From Spizellomyces punctatus DAOM BR117 (taxonomy: Eukaryota), in NCBI GenBank assembly GCA_000182565.2, contig KQ257451.1: a stretch of 64,000 bases of DNA; one strand, 5' to 3'. Under the pieces are notes generated by a model that was not told the DNA's origin, ran no database searches, and saw only the letters and a list, made by a program, of their open reading frames with translations. Of the stretch, positions 1 to 12,658 are shown piece by piece. Numbering within the stretch: position 1 is the first letter of the stretch; every line of letters begins with the position of its first letter. Both the position numbers and the translations under genes were made by a program.

Positions 1-2276
1 CTCCCTTTAGCCTTGTACCGCAAGATTGTTTCCTACCTTCTACTTCGCAGTCATGTCGGAAATCCAACAGATATGCGAGTTATCCGTGAGACCACAGGTG
101 ATGAGCGTCGCCACCTTTCAAGTAACATACAACAATCCAGCAGATCCTGACTATCATTGACCTTAGCTGCCTTGGAGTCCGTCTTTCCACAATCTGAACT
201 CAGTACATTCATTTCGCTTTCCAGACAAGAGAAGGAGGCACAGCTGAATGGGCTATCACAGCTTGCAACAGGGATTAGACTCTTCAACAAGCAGTTGAGG
301 AAAGGTGGAGAGGGAGTGGATGACTGTGAGTTATCGGTTGTATTTGTGGTTGTTGGTTACTGCGGTTATATTGACCGTTAGACTGAATTTCGGCGTTTTG
401 GGAGCAGTGCCTGAGTTGTGTAGAAGGGAGCTGCAAGACCTGAGCGAGCGATTGCGAGTACTGACAACCAACACTGAGGAGCTGATTCAAACATATACAG
501 GTAGTGTAAGGACTTTATAAACAGTAAATAAATGTCCATCCCTTCTCAGACGCCCGTGCTTTACAGCTATCGCCGACTACAGCGAAAAAGCCCCCCGTCC
601 AGAACTCGGTGACCTCGCTCTCGCCCGACTCAAATCCTCCCTGGTCTTCCGCCGACAATTTCTGATTTATCTTGATGCACTTCAAGAGCAGACCAACCGA
701 TCTGCGGAAACATTGTCGACACTCAAGGAGCGATTCGAAGAGACAGTGAGGGATTTGAAGACAACGTGTCGCGCAAAGACCGCAGTGCCTGTTGATCAAG
801 TTTATGTGAGTGCATGAACGGCAGCGATTGAACGAACGATATGTTAATGCCAGGGCACCTGCTCCTTGTTCACTGTTGATTCCCAGCCGCAATTTATCAT
901 GCTCGCAAATCTATGGACGAATTACATGGACGAACTATTTTTGCTGGCATTTCGGAAGGGGATTCTCAATAATATAGAGGAACATTCCAAGGTGCGGAAC
1001 TTGTATTCTCAGGAATTTCACACTCGATCTTAATGAACACCATACTCTACCAACATGTATAGGCATTTGCAATGGATATCCCACCCATTACCCTCGCTCT
1101 TTCTCAACCGTTCAAGCAAGATATTGAGCCAGAAATACTACCAGGTAATCAAAAAGTCATCCAAAAAAAGCACGGTAAACGGCAACGCTCACCGAGCACT
1201 CCAAATTGACAGAGCAAAAGGTGATTGCAAATGCTGCAGACTTAATGACGGCAGTTGCGGTGACAGGTCAAAAAGGAGTCGAGGTCGTACACCCCGGCAA
1301 CACGACACAATACTATCGGCTGCCTGTGGAGTATGGTGTAAGTCTAGATAGCAAGAGACGGATATGGCCGGGTCTTTGACGCAATCTTGTGTTTGACTTT
1401 TCTAGGGATTCTGCCCATACACACTCTACAAACGTGACGGGCTGGTTCTCCCAGGAGACAAGAACCTTGGTCTCGTCCGCTGGCGAGATAAACTGTACGC
1501 CTTTGCCACGCTCGATTCGGCCAAAGAGTTTGCTAAAGCTCCGGACCGGTACACCGAAGCCGTTATCACACTCGCCAAGCATTCCCCGTCGTTTGTCCAG
1601 CTTTTGCATTTGTACACGTATTTTCCCACTGTGGAGGCACTGGAGAATGCGAAATCGTTTACGAGGCAAAGGTTGCTGGGGAAGGTGCCGCTAGTCTCCG
1701 AGGTTGGAACACAGGTGGATACACATGTTGTAGATAGACATTTGGATAAGAATTATGAATGGAATGAATGGGAGTTGAGAAGAAAGGCGATCATGTTGGT
1801 GGGTGCTGGATCTATATCTGGTGTAAAAAGTTCATTTGTTTATCTCTTTACTAATGTCTACCTTGGACTTTACAGGTAAACTTGAGAACCAAGCAAACGC
1901 ACTCTGTACAGACCAACTCGAGTCATTTCCGGAGAGAAGCCGAAACTCAACATTACGAGCCACGGTAAAATTCTGCTTCAGCCTGCAGAAAGCATGCGTC
2001 CCCAGTACTAACATGCAGTTCTATAACAGAGCAAAAGAAACCCAAACGAGGCGCACGCAACCCACTCAAACTCCTATCAAAAAAGCATTTCTATCCAACC
2101 TCCGTCACACGCCCGCCTCCAACAACTTTCACGTTGTCGACCTTACTATCGATGTGGATGGCAAGCCGGCTCCATATGGAGGTGGCGGATTTGGAACGAA
2201 GATGGACCTGGAGAGTGCTGCTAAGGCAGGGGCTGGAAGGGTGGTTAGACCAACTGTGGTGGAAAGGGGGGTTTAG
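1..2276 (+). CDS. CFAP206: Cilia- and flagella-associated protein 206 (multi-exon, 5' end outside window)
   Basis: Exon translations AALESVFPQSELSTFISLSRQEKEAQLNGLSQLATGIRLFN, DTHVVDRHLDKNYEWNEWELRRKAI and TNSSHFRREAETQHY match motifs I recognise from the CFAP206/FAP206 family. Short GT-AG introns separate the exons; stop at 2276. Confidence 0.85.
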
Positions 2277-2456
2277 GAGGAGTAGTCTTTTAAGTGCTCT
2301 GATTTGTACAACTCGGTTTCAGAAGGAGCGATGCACCGGGGTATTAATGACAAAACTAGACGGAGAACAGTTGATAGGATAGTAGCAAAAAGTATGATTG
2401 ACGATCCTGACAATTTGGATTAAAAAGGAAAGACTCGAATAAAAGGTCCTCAATGA

Positions 2457-4794
2457 TCATTTCATTTGAGGGTCATCCACGTCCTCCTTCTTTTCCAATC
2501 TCTCTAACCTCTCCATCAAACCTTTGAGCATAATTTCCATGGCTCCATCGCCACTTCCCTTCCCTTCACCTTCTTCCTTTGCTCCGAAAGAGAAGGCCCC
2601 CCCATTGACATTCGCGCTTGGTGGCCCTCCTCGGAATCCCCAATGAGCGGCAGAAGACGATGCAGTCCCTCCCGCCGGCGGTGTGATTCCGCATTTTTCT
2701 TCTACGACCGCAAGCCGTCGGTCTAGCCGCGTCAAGGCTGCCCCAAACTTTTCTCCATACTGAGCTTGCATTTCCCGGAAATGACTTCGAACAAGCCCTT
2801 CAATCATCTGTCCTGCGCCTTGAAGCGATTGCAGCATAGCACCCGTGCGACGAAGCTGTCCTTGAAGGGTTGACTGCAGACGTAAATTTTCTTCGGCGGA
2901 ATCGTACATCGATTCAAAGGTAGCCAAAAACGCTTGGCGGGAAACAGGAGGATAGCCATGTATTGATGCTGTCGGGTAGGCGGAGCTAGGAGACGGAGGT
3001 GGCAGATGTTTGGAACTGGTTTGGGCGATGGGTGGGAGAGGGGATCGAGGATGTGCGTCCCGGTCGCCTCCAGCTCCGAATCCTGTGCTAGGTGCCTCCC
3101 GATCTCGCTGCTGTTGCTGTTGTTGTTGCTGCTGTTGCTGTTGCATGTGAGGAGGTAAGGGCAATTCCCTGGACGGAAATTCACCCGCTCGAGGTGACAT
3201 CAACTGTTGCCCAGAGCTCAAATTTGAAGTGTGCAATATGGGATTATAGCGAGATGCTTCAGGCCCTCGCGGTGTAATCTTTGATGACTTGCCGGGAGCT
3301 GGGTTCAAGTGTCTTGGTGATAAAAGTGATGCTCCAGATGGAGATCCAAGAACCCTTCCGGGATGCAGAACGCTTGGTGGATGTGAAGCACCATGAGGGC
3401 CGTCGGCTGGTGCTGTCATAGCGCCCCCTCGATTGCTTTGTGCACTCTCTCCGGTCCATATCGTTAGATTCTTTGAATTTCGGTATTTCGGGGACGATGG
3501 TCTGCGAGACGCTTTGTGCGAATCTTGCGGCGGAGAACTTCCCCTCACATCCGCGGACATCGGTCCCCGTTGCTGGTATTGAGCATTCTGACGAGCCTCA
3601 ATAATCGCTTGCTGTTGCTGTTTCAATTTAAGAGTATTTCTCATCTGCTCCATGACATCCACACTGGCACTATTGCTGGAGTTGACATTTGACGATCCGC
3701 GGCCTGGCAAGTTGTGGCCAACTGCTGTATTGATGGAAAGACGCTTCCTTTGTTTTGGTCGGCTGGTTGGAGGTTCTTCCGACCCATTGGGAGATGTATC
3801 CGCGTGTTCTTCCGATTGTGCCGATTCTGAAAGTTCAGCTTCTGAGCGATTTCTTTTCATTCCCGTTTCGTGCGATGCGTGCTGTCTGAATGGCCGATCG
3901 TTGAATGTTAGCACAGCGTGGTAATCAGTTTACAATACAACTGATTTCTCAAACACACGGCAGCTTTACCTAGCTGGACTTGATTCCGTTTCACGACCTT
4001 GACCATGTCCTGGCTTCCCGTGCACCAGTTTCTCGACATTTGCAGAGCTCGACAATCGCTGTGAATTCTCTGATCGATAAGACTGTTCACGCGAACGATC
4101 TCGTTTTGACACATCGTCCTGTCCATGAGTTGGTGATGGGGATCGCCGTATGGCTCTTGCCTAAGACATGAAGAGCAAGTAAGCATGAGTATGAGCATCA
4201 ACCTTAAACCATTTATCGGACTCCCGTCCTTACCTTGGTATCATCATTCTCCTTCTTAGTTTCTTTATCCGCGTCCATCGGAACAGGAGAATCTCTCCCG
4301 TGATCACCGTCTTCGGTTTCAGTTCCGTCAGACATTTCTTCGCCGTCCGACAACGCCTCCAAATCCTCCTCACTTTCGGTGAACGGATGTTTCCAATTAA
4401 AATGCGGGATACTCTTCAACATCTCATCTGCCACGCCATTCTTGATCTGATCTCGAGACAGAACGCAAAATTCCGCCAAAAGGTAGTTTCCAAGTCGCTT
4501 TGCAGCTTCAGCGATAGCCGTTGACGACATGTAAATGTCTCCCGTATTCTCCTTGAAATGATGTAATGACGAAGTGAGGTACTGCTTTGGGATTTTCGCT
4601 GATTTGTGCATATATCCCGGTTCTTTGCGGAAGAACATGACGTCTAAATCTCGAAGACGGTAAAAGTTTGTTTCTGAAGATGGTGATTCGACATCGGGAG
4701 AGCTTTCAGGTTGGACAGGAAAGTAGTAGACGCAGAATGCGTAGCCCATTTGGGCATGAAAATACACGCCGATTTTAAGCTTTGTAATCTTCAT
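2457..4794 (-). CDS. Hypothetical protein with a globular N-terminus, a long Pro/Ser-rich disordered middle containing polyQ, and a C-terminal coiled coil (about 3 exons)
   Basis: ORFs 4213-4794 and 2457-3914 can be linked through a middle exon with GT-AG boundaries. C-terminal heptad-like segment FESMYDSAEENLRLQSTLQGQLRR...LDRRLAVVEEK. No family recognised. Confidence 0.7.
3108..3143 (-). repeat. CAG/CAA trinucleotide repeat encoding 12 Gln
   Basis: (CTG/TTG)n on the + strand; translates to QQQQQQQQQQQQ in ORF 2457-3914. Confidence 0.9.
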
Positions 4795-5372
4795 TGTAAG
4801 TTATTCTCTCATAGACGGTAGGGAGCAAAGTCCCAAGCAGCGCCCACAATTCTCCTTCCTAATTTTGTGTGTCTTGGCGAATCATCAACCTGCAGGATCC
4901 AGGAGAAAAACAACTTAGCAGCTGCCTTGGAATTTCATATATTCTCGGGTGCTAAGCGACGCAAGAATCCCTTAGGACCTATTTTAACGGGGCTGAATGG
5001 GCCAGTACACTCTGCCAGTGCGGTGCAACAGGAGGGAGGATTTGCCGGCACTTGGCTACAGAGCACAAGAGTTCGCGTTGCCCTTCGCGTTGCACCTTAC
5101 TTTGCCTAACGGACTCTCGGAAAATAACACCCACCTCTCTGGCGTACGTTGATGCCGCTGGAGATCTAATCTCGCAATAGACTGACTAGCACCGATGCGT
5201 GCGCGACAATGTCGGAGGGCGGATGGTGCAGAAGGGCCGCTGGTTCGACATGGGGGGAAATAATTCAAATTGGGTCAAATTGCCCCTATTCAATGCGCAT
5301 GTCAGCAATTTGTAAGCAGCGCCATCTTCGGTGCTCTTGGGCTTGTCAACTTGACACAATTCAACAACACAC

Positions 5373-6473
5373 ATGGGTGACATGGAGCAAGAGGACATTT
5401 CACCCGAAAAACTGAAGCTGCTGGAAACTCTTGACAGGGATGCTAAAGAGCAAGATCTGTCTCAGGGAGAGGTCGCCGAAGGTGGACCGGCAAAACGCAC
5501 GAGAGCAGCTACACGTAAACAGCAAGCGTCAGTAGTCGGAGTGGATCGAGGAAAGAAGAGGCGAGGGGATGAAGAAGGCCTTGAGTCTGCCCCATCAACC
5601 AAGAAACGTTCAGGAAATGCCATACAAGTTCCAGCCACTCCACCACGCCAACAGTCTAAAGCCAAACCTCCGTCGCCAGCCAACCACGACCATGAGATTT
5701 TTCCACAAACGCCCAGGAAGCCGCACCCAATAGCCACTCCGATATCCCCGGCATCTCCAGCTTCCAGTTTAGCATCCTCGAGCGAACACGCACACCTGCG
5801 TCCAGCCGATGTATCACCTATTATCATCAATCGCGCGCCCGTGCTTTGTTTATGGGCAGCCAGTGTTGCCGATCGAGAAGGTTGGGAATGGAAGACGTGC
5901 TTATCGATTGGAAAAGCCATCACAACCATGTGAGCCTATTATTTTTTCCTTGTGAAAACTACGACAAGATAACAAATCAGGTCGGATTGCCCCGTCCTAG
6001 GTTTGCACAATCTAAAGGGAAATCTCTTGGCATTTTTGAAAAAGAACAAGGGAGCAGGCATGCAAAGAACGAGGGTGACGACGACGGCAAGGTCAATGTC
6101 TTTGGCACAAGGTTGACCGTTGTGCAAAAGCCCTCCGGGCCAAGAGCGGAACTGGATGGTAAAATATTTGACCCTGTCGAAACAGAGTGGTATTTGCGCG
6201 ACAAGTTTGGTGCGCGGTAAGTCAGTGACCTTTTTGTCCGTTTTGCTGTGCAAGTCTTAATAAAAAAAAAAAATAAAAAGCTATGAAGATGCCCGACGCG
6301 CTTTCAAACATCTCGCTCACCAATTTCCACCCGAATCCATCGGCAGTTGCGGATACCGTCTGTACGAGCAATTTCGACCCGTGGTGTCCAGCGGAGTCAA
6401 AGGTTGGGGGAAGGCCGGCGAGTTGGATTTGAATCTTGTCATGAAATTAGGAGCGTGTCGCGACAGCCTTTGA
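5373..6473 (+). CDS. Hypothetical protein with a disordered N-terminus and a compact C-terminal domain (3 exons)
   Basis: Spliced reading INRAPVLCLWAASVADREG...FAQSKGKSLGIF...YLRDKFGAR|YEDARRAF...GYRLYEQFRPVVSSGVKGWGKAGELDL. Introns about 5930-6000 and 6217-6280. Confidence 0.75.
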
Positions 6474-7924
6474 AAGAAGAAAAGGGGGAAAAGCCTCCTT
6501 TACCTTTTTGCGCAAATGCCCAGGAATTCCCGACTTTGCGCTTTTTGCTGAGACAAAACAGTCTTTTGGCACACGCGAACAACAACAAGAAATGTTGTGT
6601 AGTGTGTGTTTGATACTTGCATCTTGCACTTTCAAGACCTCATCTTCCTTGCAGTGCGCAGACTTGAAATATCCATTACCACATGTCATATCTCTTGTAT
6701 GAATACATGTAACTCTTTGCCGTCATCGTCCTCATCGTTCGCCGTTCATCGCTCATAGTTTGTCTTTACCATGTGAAATCTCCGCTCGGCCCCCAGTTCC
6801 CTCGTCCGTTCTCCCAGCGGCATGGCTTTTTCTTACGCCCTTTTTTTTCCCACCGTCCTGCCCGCCCTACACAGACATGGCGGACATGTGAAAGTTGTTA
6901 CACGGCCAACTTTCACGCGCTCCGGGCTTTTCCCCATGACTTTTGATCTTTTGTTTATGACTGCGCCTTTCAACGAAATGTCTCCCTTTTGGAAATGATA
7001 TTACATAATCGCACATCTTTGTGACACCTTTGGCGTCATAGATATATCCATGCGTTATAATCGGGTATACTTTTATCATCACCCCTGTTACCCCCTTTCT
7101 CTTTCGTTGTTGTGCCTTCGGAAGGGTTGCAGTCGAAGAAACGACGACGACGGATTGAGAAAGATTTCCCACGCTGGTTTTTTTTGTGTTGAGCCATTGC
7201 GGGCAATCTCTCCAACGACGACAAGCAAGCAAGAACAAACACCCACGAAGCAAGCAGACGAGTACGCTCTAGTCTTTCTGGAAAACAAAGACTGGTTACC
7301 TTGTCCCAATACCCTGTTGGTCATTCCCACTCGCGCGTCATCTCCTGTCCACCCAACACACAACGCCATTTCCACGGGACTCTTGTCAAGCACAGCAGGT
7401 TCCTCCTCTTTGGGTTGCACCTTCCGCCGTACGAACGAGTCGCTCTTCTTCTGGTTGCTTCAGCTTTCACATCCCCCGACACGCCAGCTGCAGGTCAAGA
7501 GCCACGGCCCTGTCAAAAAACGCCCGCAGTTGTCCGTTTTCATTTTTTTTCCTTTTTATTTGACGGGCCGCCACTAGACCCCGATACGTTTAAGAACCTT
7601 ATCGTCCTGTTACGCAAATACACGAGGACGCTTCTTCGCACTTTTGATACCCGGCCGCCGGAACATTAAAGAAGTCAATTCTAAACGTGAACGTTGGCCA
7701 CGCCGAGGGGAAATCGTCTTCTTTTGGTCAACGCCGTCGTCTACGGGTTTTGCCGAAGCATTTGTTGTTTCGTCAGGGACTTACTCCATTCTCGATTGGC
7801 ATTGAATTACCTTGCCGGTTTGCATCAACACACAGTCGCTTGTTAGCCCTGCTTGTTCGTCCTCGCCATGGTTGTGCAGCTGCATTCATCGTCGGCAGGT
7901 CATATAGCCACGGCCACTGTCACC

Positions 7925-9105
7925 ATGGAATACCCTATATCTGAACATGTATGCAGATCCCCTCAAATCTCCATAGCAATGCGATCGTCGCCTGTTGTCT
8001 CGCCTACCACATCCCCGCCGCCGTCCCCTCCAACCTTTTGTCACCTTCGACGGACCCCACATCCCTATCAGTTTACTTATGATGCTGGAAATTGCCCAAG
8101 AGAGAAGCCTCATGAACTGAATCACCGGCCACCCACCCCACCGTCGCCTGACTCGTCGGATGAAGGCTCTCGTTCGCCGCGTCACCATCGACCATCACAA
8201 CAGCATCACAGCAAATATTATCGACGGAGCGCTCCATATTCCGAACAAGCTCACGCAACAACCTCCCAACAACAATCCCCGCCCCCCTCAAGTGCCTCTG
8301 CCAGTCAGCAAGAGCAGCAAGGAGCACCAAAGTCACAAGAAGAACCGCCGCAACAGAGCGCGACAGGTGAATCAATACCTGCCGCGTCAACTCGTGCTTC
8401 CAGCTCATTAGTTCGTCGAAGTCTGGACCTCGTCCTTCCCATTGTCCGCATCATCGCCACTGCTGTGGTAGTTGTGATTTGGTTTTCTCTGACCGTGTAC
8501 CTCTTCTTCATGTCGTATGTGGTCTCGGTCGTCTACAGTGTAGTGCGGCGGTGTCCAGCAGTGCTAAGGGCAGCAGTGCGAGGAGCGAAAAGATCGGCCC
8601 ACGTGGCCTGGGGATTGGGCAAAGTTGCCTACCGTGCCGGACGTGAAGCATATGGTACTGCTTCGCGATTGTGGAAGGATTACGCCAGTCCATGGTAAGG
8701 TTTTGTATATAAGGCGCTCCATTTCAAGTTGTGGTACTGATGTATTGTCATTTAAGGATGCCACGACTTTTCCACTGGCCCGAGCCGATACAGCAGCGAA
8801 TGCAAAACAGATATAATGAATCACCACCACCCGACGTGGATGAACCCATTATCGAACCTCCTCCATGGTCACCGATTCCTGATGATTTTCCTACCGAATT
8901 TGAAGGCCCATACACCTACCCCACACCCCAAGCATCGCCAAAGTCAACGCCTCCCTGTTCACCTTTCCTTCAGGATATGGAAGGGGAACAGCCTGCTTCC
9001 CCGCCACCAGGAAAAGCATGGAGATGGTCAGCAGCCAGCGGCAGCAGTGGTTGGAGTTTTGACAGCGGCTATGCTGAAGAAAGGGGCCATGATGACACTC
9101 TCTGA
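7925..9105 (+). CDS. Pro/Ser-rich hypothetical membrane protein (2 exons)
   Basis: ATG at 7925 in CACCATGG context. Hydrophobic stretch LVLPIVRIIATAVVVVIWFSLTVYLFFMSYVVSVVYSVV. Intron 8695-8756 (GTAAGG...TAAG) joins ORF 8731-9105 in frame. Confidence 0.6.
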
Positions 9106-10262
9106 AAGTTGAAGCGCATGACACGAGCAAGACCAAGCAAAAACGGCAGTAGTGAAGTGAGGAAGTATAGATCGGTAGATGATGGTAGATGCACAGTTTG
9201 GCATACCGGATTTTTCTTGCAAGATACCCTGTTGTAGTGTGGGAAACGGATGGAATGTTTTTGTATCCTCTTTGGATCAAACACATGCGGAAACGCGGCG
9301 CCAGACGAACACAGTATCTATCTGGCTGTGATGGAGTAGGGCGTGGCAGACATGGGCATTGCTTTTGTGTCCTCTTCTCTACCTGGGCAGTTGGGAATTT
9401 GTGTAGTCGATTTAGCTTGTGTTGTTTGTGAATCTGTCGTATTCGAGTGTGATGGGCGCTGTGTTTTTCTGTCTGTCATTTATTATTGCTTCTGATGTAT
9501 AAATGCTTTTGAAGTCGTTCTTTTAGCTCTTTTTATGTCATTATTCTACATGTTGCTAGTTTCTTTCACGCTGTCTGAGTTGGTTCTCCACCTACTGGTG
9601 CCGCACTCACTCTATCACCTGGTTGTTGACTTGACCCCTGCGGAACCGGTGAAAGTACTGCGTAGCTTTCGTGAGGCGAGGCGTCTGAAGAATGAAGGCC
9701 AGCTGCGGGGGTTGTAGTGGAGCTTTTGGTCTACAAACAGTGTCAGCGACCAATGTCATTTATAAGCGCAAAATGACATTCCTTACCTTGGCTTCCAAAA
9801 CTGCCAATCTCCGCTCTGTTGCGGAAAGTTTCTCCGATAGGGATGACAAGTGGGTTCTGGAGTGCGATTCTGTGACGTGATAAGGGGACCACAACTCATC
9901 AGATACAGTGATATGGGATGCACATCCGTTGAAACGTACCAAACCGTGTCAAGAACATGGCCATCTGTTTAATCCCGGTGGAAAGTGACTCCACAAGATC
10001 ATTGGCATCTCGATATTCTGTGAGCGGTGGTTGTCGCTGGTGGTTCATTTTGCTGTTGGTCGTCACTCTTGTGTGTTGGACGCAAGTATCGGGTGTTGGG
10101 TATTGCTGATTACGAGATGCGTGCCTTCACGTGATAACATGAGTCATCTCAACAAATGACACGGCCAAACTGCAAGCTTTCCACTTTGCGATATCTGTCC
10201 ACCACCTCTTTATCCCTTCGCATTTATCTTGGTCGTTTTCAAAACGAGCACGACTGACAAAT

Positions 10263-12493
10263 ATGTCTACAGTCACAATCGATCACCCTACAGAAGCGTT
10301 TAAAAAGCTCACGCTCAAGACTACACCGGCCACACCGTTGAAGCACTTGGTGGATACGGCAGTGGAAAAATGGGGATTGGGCAATGCCGAGGGCTTTGGG
10401 TTACGGTAGGCTGATGCTTGTTCGCTCTTCGGGATAGTCTAATGGTTATATTCATTGGAAACATCTCTGCTTTACCAGACACGGAAAGAATAATCTTGAT
10501 TTATCACTGTCGATGCGATTTGCGAATTTGGCTCAAGGGGCTAAATTAAGTCTGGTTCCTATTAAAAATGGACCTGGTAGGCTTGTCTCTGGATTATAAT
10601 CAAAAGTGGGCGTAGGTGTCTAATATTTGCGTGATCTATTGTAGCTGGTCCTATATCGATAGCACTGCAAACACCTGATGGAACTCGGCTGGTTGACAAG
10701 TTTCCAGCATCAACTACCTTATGGAATATTCTGGTGCATTTTGAAACAAGGGATGGGTAAGAATGAGCAGAGGTTTAGGTGCAACTTGCATGTGATTGAA
10801 CTCAAACATGCCTCCAATAGGATTAATTTGACAAAACGAACAAATATTGAAAACAAGATGAAAAAGCCAGTATACATGATGCCTGTTTGTGTACTGATGA
10901 ATAAGGAGGTATGAAGCAAAATATGTAATGTCATTCTTTTGTTTTCGCAATCATTTTAATGTGTGGGCTTGCTCAGTTCTCGACGATTGAATCTTTGAAG
11001 AACACCACATTACAAAAGGCTGGCCTAACATCTGGAAATGGTGTCGTCCGCGTCTTATTACGGGGAACCAGCCTCAGTTTGGAGGATGCGATGCAACATG
11101 CTGAGCAGGTTACCACAAATGACGAAGCGGTGATTGAAGCGACCAAGCCGTCACCCGATGCCCCCGTGGCACATCCACATCTGTCTGCACCAAACCCGGA
11201 GACGGCCCCCACTTCTGTGCAGCCAGCACCGCAGGTCCATGCTCCACCCCCCGTCATGCCAACTCTCCCTCAAAACCAAACAGAACCACAGGCGGCTTCC
11301 GACTTCACCCCCCCATCCTTTGTTCAGATATCATCAAGTGACACGTCCCTAATGGATGTAGACGCCGATTACGTGTCCATCCCACCAGTTGACGTTGATA
11401 CAGGCGCTCAAATGTCTCCCCCTGTCCTTGTGTCCAGACCTTCGTCGCCTCCCACAGAACAAAGAGATACTCTCCCCGAATCGGAACCAGAATCCCTCGA
11501 ATTTGACCGTGAGATTCGGGCGTTCCGTCCACCACCCGAAGGAACTCCATACCCACAATGTAAGCTATTTTCATTTGCAAAAACAGTCCATGGTTGAACA
11601 CTCAAACATCTTTACCAAACCATCTAGTCGACCTTCCCGAGTCTTTTTACGACATTACACCTACTGAACTCAAGCTCCTCCTTGCCCAACACGCCCGGCA
11701 CACAAACCCAGACGCCCCTCTGATGACCAGACAAATGCGCGAAAGGGAATTACAGTTGAATCGCCAACGGTATCCAAAGACGATGGTGAGAATCAGGTTT
11801 GGGGATTGGACGCTGGTTCAACTTCGGTGTTTGAGTATGGAAAAGTGTAAGTACTGCTCAATAAAATTTTATGTGTGCACAGATTATGTCTGATTCCCCT
11901 GAACCCTCAGTATCAACGTTGAAAACGCTTTTGAACCCGCTTCTCAAAACACCATCCCGTCCTTATACACTCTACACAACACCGCCGTTCAAACCACTGG
12001 ATATGAATCAAACCTTTTGGGAAGCGAATCTCGCGCCCGCCGTGTTGATCCATTTCAAATGGGATGATCAGCAGCATGCGCCAAGCGAGGGATACCTCAA
12101 TGATGAATGGTTGGGACGGTTGGAGGATTTGCCGGGAACAACGAGTCATGAAGTGGGCGGGTTGGCCGGCGTGGGAATTAGCAAGGAGGAAGGGACCGAA
12201 AACGGCAAGAAGCGAGCAAAGTGGTTACCTAGTCTTGGTGGGAATGGTGGTGAAGGTGGGCGAACTTTGGGTGGGAATGGTCAGTCTTTAGGGTCTTCCT
12301 CGCAGGGATTGTACGGAGATCAGAGGGATGCAGGACTTGGAAGGTCACCGGGCTCTGGGATGGAGGACGCCAAGGTGGATAAGAAACCAAAATGGTTCAA
12401 AATTGGTATGCCATTACGTCGTTCCCCTCCTTTTTGCAAGGTATTCATATTCACATTTATGTATCATGTATGTTTCAAACAGGTCGCAAGTGA
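10263..12493 (+). CDS. TUG/ASPSCR1/Ubx4-like UBX-domain Cdc48/p97 adaptor (multi-exon)
   Basis: N-terminal TUG-UBL1-like segment KLTLKTTPATPLKHLV...LDLSLSMRFANLAQGAKLSL. Also DLPESFYDITPTELK, PLMTRQMRERE, the UBX start YPKTMVRIRFGD and LYTTPP...LAPAVLIHF. Confidence 0.85.
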
Positions 12494-12658
12494 AAAACGA
12501 AACTTGAAGCAAGACGTGACTGATTTGTAAACAGAATGTACAGCAAATGTATATAAATCGTGATTCACCGTCACTTTCGCATATAGTTGCAGGAGTATGG
12601 AGAAAATCCCAGATCCAAGACTCCGTCATTCTCTATCTACATCCATCATGTCAGACAT

